Source: Alphaproteobacteria bacterium (GTDB lineage Bacteria > Pseudomonadota > Alphaproteobacteria > Methylaequorales > Methylaequoraceae). From it: a stretch of DNA of 64,000 nucleotides. The notes under the pieces are model-generated. The model made no database searches. It worked only from the letters and a program-made list of their open reading frames with translations, and was not told the DNA's origin. Each line of letters starts with the position of its first letter. Positions within the stretch are counted from its first letter, which is position 1. The stretch spans positions 34,718 to 98,717 of the forward strand of contig JBJKUS010000005.1 in assembly GCA_045563025.1 (NCBI GenBank), given 5' to 3'. Made by a program: the position numbers and the translations under genes. Of this stretch, positions 59,465-64,000 are shown one piece after another.

Positions 59465-60700
59465 TTAATGTGCTGCCCAGTTAATTTTAGTCAAATCAAC
59501 TCCTTCTTGAGCCATCTCCCATAAAGGACTTAATGCTCTGAGTCTATTAACTTCATTAACAATTTTTTCAACTGCTTCGTTTACATCCTCTTCAGAAGTA
59601 AATCTTCCAAGTCCAATTCTAAGACTCGTATGAGCAAGTTCTTCTTCAACACCCAACGCTTTTAAGACGTAGGATGGCTCTAAAGAAGCTGATGTACAAG
59701 CCGAACCAGATGAAACAGCTAAATTTTTTATACCCATCATTAAGGATTCACCTTCTATATACGCAAAGCTAAGATTAAGGTTTCCTGGAACTCTTTCAAC
59801 TTCTGAACCATTTAGATAAATTTCATCACATTTACTTCTAATTCCATCTAACATCAAAGTCCTTAATTTTTCAAGTTTCTTGGATTCTTGATTCATCTCG
59901 CCAGAATAAATTTTACAGGCCTCTCCAAGTCCTACGCATAATGCAGGAGAAAGTGTGCCAGATCTCATACCTCTTTCTTGACCTCCACCGCTCATCATAG
60001 CTGCTATCCTTACCCTTGGTTTCCTTCTAACATAAAGCGCACCAACACCTTTTGGACCGTAAATTTTGTGACCTGATATGCTCATTAGATCAATATTCAT
60101 GTTATTAACATCTAAATCAATCTTTCCAACAGCCTGCGCACAGTCTGTATGAAAAAAAACATCATTTTCTCTACAAATCTTTCCAATCTCAGAGAGTGGT
60201 TGGATTACACCGATTTCATTGTGCACACCCATAATTGAGACTAAAAGAGTTTTTGGTGTTATGGACTTCTTCAATACTTCGAGGTCAATTAAGCCATCTG
60301 ATTTTACTGGGAGATAGGTAACATCAAAGTCCTTTTTCTCAGAAAGAAACCTGCAGGATTCTAGAACACACTTATGCTCAGTTACACAGGTAATAATGTG
60401 ATTTTTTTTGTCACCATAAAAATCGGCTAAACCTTTGATAGCAAGGTTATTAGACTCGGTAGCCCCTGAGGTAAAAATAATTTCTTTTGGGTTGGCCTTT
60501 ATAATTTTAGCTACATTTTCTCTAGCAACTTCAACAGCCTCCTCTGCTTCCCAACCAAAAGGATGGTTTCTTGAATGCGGGTTACCATATATCTCGCCGA
60601 AGTAAGGAATCATTTTCTTAATTACTCTTGGGTCGACAGGTGTAGTGGCTTGATAATCAAAGTAAATATTCTTTATCATAACGGTGAACTCCTTATACAT
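59465..60700 (-). CDS. iscS: cysteine desulfurase IscS
   Basis: 411 aa with the PLP-Lys motif ([15 protein letters not shown]) and the catalytic-Cys loop (SSGSACTS). Confidence 0.95.
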   Translation of the reverse strand: MYKEFTVMIKNIYFDYQATTPVDPRVIKKMIPYFGEIYGNPHSRNHPFGWEAEEAVEVARENVAKIIKANPKEIIFTSGATESNNLAIKGLADFYGDKKNHIITCVTEHKCVLESCRFLSEKKDFDVTYLPVKSDGLIDLEVLKKSITPKTLLVSIMGVHNEIGVIQPLSEIGKICRENDVFFHTDCAQAVGKIDLDVNNMNIDLMSISGHKIYGPKGVGALYVRRKPRVRIAAMMSGGGQERGMRSGTLSPALCVGLGEACKIYSGEMNQESKKLEKLRTLMLDGIRSKCDEIYLNGSEVERVPGNLNLSFAYIEGESLMMGIKNLAVSSGSACTSASLEPSYVLKALGVEEELAHTSLRIGLGRFTSEEDVNEAVEKIVNEVNRLRALSPLWEMAQEGVDLTKINWAAH

Positions 60701-60751
60701 ACCTTAATTTGGTTAGAGAGGATATTAATTGCAAATAAATTCTTCATTTTT

Positions 60752-61237
60752 TTAAGAATAATTACTTCTTGAACTATGATTAACATACTCGTTTCCTTCA
60801 TTAAATTTAAACATAGAGTCATATCTATTATTTGACACATCCTGAATTGAAATAGAATTAAGAAAAAACGAAATATGATTAGTTAAATTATTCCATAAGT
60901 TGTGAGTACAACACTTTGTTTTCCTTTTTGTTGAAAAACAGCTAGAACCCTCTCCGTTACACCTCGTTATTTTTAACTCCTCATCAATTGCATTTATTAC
61001 ATCGTAAATCATTATAAACGACGGATCTTTGGCAAATATATAACCACCTGATGGCCCTCTGATGCTCCTTACAATTCCATTTTTCTTTAAAGAAGAAAAT
61101 ATCTGTTCCAAGAAAGCTGAAGAAATATTTTGTCTTTGAGAAATTTCAGATAAGCTTATTGGTTTATTTCCTCTCGAATTAATTGCCATATCCACCAATG
61201 AGGTAACAGCAAATCTTCCTTTTGATGTTAATTTCAT
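60752..61237 (-). CDS. iscR: Rrf2-family transcriptional regulator IscR
   Basis: 161 aa with the Rrf2 HTH (MKLTSKGRFAVTSLVDMA) and a Cys cluster (CNGEGSSC ... CC). It is the first gene of the isc operon. Confidence 0.85.
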   Translation of the reverse strand: MKLTSKGRFAVTSLVDMAINSRGNKPISLSEISQRQNISSAFLEQIFSSLKKNGIVRSIRGPSGGYIFAKDPSFIMIYDVINAIDEELKITRCNGEGSSCFSTKRKTKCCTHNLWNNLTNHISFFLNSISIQDVSNNRYDSMFKFNEGNEYVNHSSRSNYS

Positions 61238-62001
61238 TTTCCTCTACTTTCCTTTGATTTAACCGCTTTTTCTTTTTTTAATTTTAATTCAAATCGTTCT
61301 TTTTTATTTTCAGAATCAGATAGTTTAGATTCTAAGATCTTTACTTTTAAGTGTAAATTATGAAGTTCTTCAAACAATGCTAGTATACTTTTTTTATTTG
61401 GATCATCTATTTTTCCTTTGGAGATACCATACGCTTCAAAACATTCTTTATTAATTGATGATTCAAGTTTTCTAGCTGGAACCCCAACGTAAGTCATATT
61501 TTCAGGAACATCTCTTATGACAACAGCATTAGCACCTATTCTAGAGTTATTACCAATATGGATTGGTCCAAGGATTTGGGCACCTGATCCAACAATTACA
61601 TTATCACCTAAAGTCGGGTGTCTTTTAGAATTTCTTTGAGAAGCAGAATCAATTGAAGGAGAAATACCACCTAAAGTGGCTTGTTGATAGATTGTTACAT
61701 TCTTTCCAATAACGGCTGTTTCACCGATAACTAATCCAGCACCATGATCTATAAAAAAACCTTCAGCAATTATGGCAGCAGGATGTATTTCAACAGATGT
61801 AATAATTCTGGAGATATTACTAATGAACCTTGCAATAAACTTAAGTTTAAAGTTCCACAATAAATGGCATACCCTATGGAAACACAAGGAGTGAAAACCA
61901 GAATATGTAAATATTACTTCGAGTAAAGACCTTGCAGCAGGATCTCTCTCTTTTGCAGCTTTGAGATCTTTAAATATGAGGTAAAATATTCCTTTTGACA
62001 T
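61234..62001 (-). CDS. cysE: serine O-acetyltransferase
   Basis: 255 aa with the SAT N-terminal domain and left-handed beta-helix hexapeptide repeats (IDHGAGLVIGETAVIG, IGANAVV). It overlaps the iscR start (ATGA). Confidence 0.9.
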   Translation of the reverse strand: MSKGIFYLIFKDLKAAKERDPAARSLLEVIFTYSGFHSLCFHRVCHLLWNFKLKFIARFISNISRIITSVEIHPAAIIAEGFFIDHGAGLVIGETAVIGKNVTIYQQATLGGISPSIDSASQRNSKRHPTLGDNVIVGSGAQILGPIHIGNNSRIGANAVVIRDVPENMTYVGVPARKLESSINKECFEAYGISKGKIDDPNKKSILALFEELHNLHLKVKILESKLSDSENKKERFELKLKKEKAVKSKESRGK

Positions 62002-62064
62002 TTTTTAAAATTTATAATATATAATGATATAATTAATATATCCTACCAAATTAGTCAAGTATAA

Positions 62065-62697
62065 ATGCCAGAAATTTTATTAAACGGTCCGGTTGGTCGA
62101 CTTGAGGCTCATTACACTCACAATAATGCGGTAAACTCGCCTTCCATATTAATTTTACATGCGCATCCGGGTCATGGAGGTAATATGAACAACCCATTAA
62201 CTTTAAAACTTCACAAACTTTTTTCTGATAATGGTTTTTCTAGCTTAAGATTTAATTTCAGAGGTGTTGGAAAATCTGATGGTGAACATGATGGTAGTGA
62301 AGGAGAATTAGCAGACTCTGCCATAGCACTTGATTGGTTACAAAATCAAAACCCTGAATCAAGTGAATACTGGATTTGTGGAATTTCATTTGGTGCTTGG
62401 ATAGGAATGCAACTTTTAATGAGAAGACCAGAAATCCCAAAGTTCATTTTAATTAGCCCCCCGGTTGGAAAGTATGATTTTAATTTCTTAGCACCTTGTC
62501 CAGCCTCAGGTGTTATCATCAATGCTGATAAAGATAGCCTTATTGAAGTAGATCTCATAAAAGATGTTGTAAAAAGGTTAAATCAACAGAAATCAATTAA
62601 TGTACAGCAGGAGGTGATTAAATCCTCTGATCACTTTTTTACTAATATTGAAAATAAAGTAATAGAGAAAGTTAAAAACTACTGTAAAAATCAATAA
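62065..62697 (+). CDS. alpha/beta-fold hydrolase (COG2945-like)
   Basis: 210 aa with the nucleophile elbow GISFGA and an N-terminal HPxxGG region; the family is widespread in proteobacteria. Confidence 0.6.
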   Translation: MPEILLNGPVGRLEAHYTHNNAVNSPSILILHAHPGHGGNMNNPLTLKLHKLFSDNGFSSLRFNFRGVGKSDGEHDGSEGELADSAIALDWLQNQNPESSEYWICGISFGAWIGMQLLMRRPEIPKFILISPPVGKYDFNFLAPCPASGVIINADKDSLIEVDLIKDVVKRLNQQKSINVQQEVIKSSDHFFTNIENKVIEKVKNYCKNQ

Positions 62698-62698
62698 T

Positions 62699-63811
62699 CT
62701 AGGGTTTGAATAAATTGCCACAAATATTTTGTTTCTTGCATCCAGTTGTATTTGGAAAAGCCGAGGGTAGTTTTTTAAATGTTCTAATTGATATAAAAGC
62801 AAAGGCACAAGACTCTACGAAACTGGAATCAAAACCAAATTCGTCGGAAACGAAGACATTTTTTCTACCCAAAAGATCCTTTATGTCTTCCATCAAAATA
62901 GGATTTTTTGTACCGCCGCCAGTAAAGATCCAATAATCAATTTTTGCATTAATTTTATATTGCAACTCACTTATAAGTTTAGCAGAAAAGAAAGTTAATG
63001 TTCTCAATAAATCCTCATTTTTCTTTTTATTTTCCTGGCAAAAATCAGAATATTTAAAATTTTTAATATCAAAGGAAATAGGGGTTTTTTTATGAAAAAT
63101 TCTTTTATTAATCCATCTATTTACTAAATTGTAATCAATCTTACCTCTAGATGCCAACAAACCATTCCTATCATAAAATTTATTAAACTTTTCTATACAA
63201 AACCTATCAATCAAAGTGTTTCCAGGTCCAATATCTGAAGCTAAAACTTTATTTCTTCCTTCTAGAAAACTATAATTTGAAATCCCTCCAATATTAACAA
63301 CAATAATTTTTTTTTTTGATTTAGCAAAGATTGCTTTATGATAAACAGGAACTAACGGCGCTCCTTGTCCACTCATCTTAATATCTCTAATTCTAAAATT
63401 AGCTACAACAGGAGTATTAGTCTTCCTAGCAATAAAAAATGGATCACCTAATTGAATAGAAATTTTCTTTTTTGGATTATGGATTATTGTATTACCATGA
63501 AGTCCAATAATATCAAGTTTCTGTCGATTTATATTTGAATCAGAAAAGAAACTCTGAATTTTTTTATTAACATAATTGCTAAAGTTATTATTAGTTTTTT
63601 TGAAAATATCACAGCCACCTATTGCTTTATTTAGATCTGAAAACTTAATTAAATTACTTAGCTCTTCTCTTATTTTTAGACTAAATTTATAATATTCACT
63701 TTTTATGATTTTAACATAATTTAATCCATCTGATCTAATTAAAGAGAAATCTAAACCATCAAGTGATGTTCCACTCATTATACCTAAAGCATAAAATTCT
63801 TTTCTTTTCAT
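62699..63811 (-). CDS. anmK: anhydro-N-acetylmuramic acid kinase
   Basis: 370 aa with the N-terminus GIMSGTSLDGLDFSLI and an ASKHA-fold ATPase. Confidence 0.85.
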   Translation of the reverse strand: MKRKEFYALGIMSGTSLDGLDFSLIRSDGLNYVKIIKSEYYKFSLKIREELSNLIKFSDLNKAIGGCDIFKKTNNNFSNYVNKKIQSFFSDSNINRQKLDIIGLHGNTIIHNPKKKISIQLGDPFFIARKTNTPVVANFRIRDIKMSGQGAPLVPVYHKAIFAKSKKKIIVVNIGGISNYSFLEGRNKVLASDIGPGNTLIDRFCIEKFNKFYDRNGLLASRGKIDYNLVNRWINKRIFHKKTPISFDIKNFKYSDFCQENKKKNEDLLRTLTFFSAKLISELQYKINAKIDYWIFTGGGTKNPILMEDIKDLLGRKNVFVSDEFGFDSSFVESCAFAFISIRTFKKLPSAFPNTTGCKKQNICGNLFKP

Positions 63812-63840
63812 ATTAAAATATTATAACCACACTATAAAGT

Positions 63841-64000
63841 ATGAAGAATGATTTTTTAAAATATATCAAATCTCGAGGATATTTACATCAATGTACAAAT
63901 GATAAAGTCCTGGATGAAAAACTTAACCATTCTAAAGTTGGCTACATTGGGTTTGATTGCACTTCAGATTGTTTACATGTTGGCTCCCTTCTTCCATTGA
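63841..64000 (+). CDS. tyrS: tyrosyl-tRNA synthetase, N-terminal fragment; continues beyond the window end
   Basis: MKNDFLKYIKSRGYLHQCTN ... VGYIGFDCTSDCLHVGSLLPL contains the class I HIGH-equivalent (HVGSL). It sits divergent from anmK, as in many alphaproteobacteria. Confidence 0.8.
   Translation, partial: MKNDFLKYIKSRGYLHQCTNDKVLDEKLNHSKVGYIGFDCTSDCLHVGSLLPL

Noticed and set aside
1-64000. CRISPR arrays, tandem or direct repeats, or insertion-sequence inverted repeats
   Set aside because: Scanning by eye found no regularly spaced direct repeats, no transposase-like ORFs and no long inverted repeats. The only repetitive sequence is homopolymeric A/T and low-complexity AT-rich intergenic DNA.

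Overview
This is a 64 kb, gene-dense, very AT-rich (about 28-30% GC) chromosomal segment with the gene order and streamlined style of a Pelagibacterales/SAR11-like alphaproteobacterium. Most intergenic spaces are under 50 nt and many stop/start codons overlap (ATGA, TAATG); nearly all of the window is core metabolism. Read in order:

- **1..17.5 kb:** a conserved alphaproteobacterial block, nlpD-pcm-serS-tatCBA-scpBA-nagZ-SPOR-argS-dgt on the minus strand, then erpA-xthA, ilvD, valS, tolC and a second pcm-like gene.
- **17.6..20.3 kb:** tandem tRNA-Cys and tRNA-Asn, followed by a glycosyltransferase (GT2) and an ABC-2 exporter locus.
- **20.4..26.7 kb:** a long co-directional string of translationally coupled genes centred on sulfur and SAM metabolism (cysK-like, sseA, metC), continuing through an NDUFS4-like protein, a methyltransferase, a nucleosidase of the MTAN/purine-nucleoside-phosphorylase fold, and a radical-SAM protein of the spore-photoproduct-lyase family.
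- **27.2..29.3 kb:** a Cas4/RecB-like nuclease paired with an ATP-dependent DNA ligase.
- **29.3..47.3 kb:** an MMPL/RND exporter; a tkt-pgk-fba-rpe operon fused to an RND efflux pump; folE-hisI; and an aldehyde dehydrogenase carrying a rare strong Shine-Dalgarno sequence and a terminator.
- **47.3..54.5 kb:** DUF485-actP; a GT2 and yaaA; and a patch of secreted and outer-membrane hypothetical proteins beside a tRNA with a CAT anticodon.
- **54.7..64 kb:** mnmA, then the complete isc operon (iscR-iscS-iscU-iscA-hscB-hscA-fdx-iscX) with cysE upstream, anmK, and the 5' end of tyrS.

I found no CRISPR arrays, insertion sequences, integrases or prophage genes. The most interesting material is:

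- the SAM/5'-deoxyadenosine-themed extension of the sulfur operon that ends in the nucleosidase plus spore-photoproduct-lyase pair (a candidate UV-lesion repair module);
- the adjacent nuclease-ligase pair;
- two paralogous 17 kDa-antigen-like lipoproteins;
- a tRNA-adjacent cluster of secreted proteins;
- a tatA gene that the ORF track missed.
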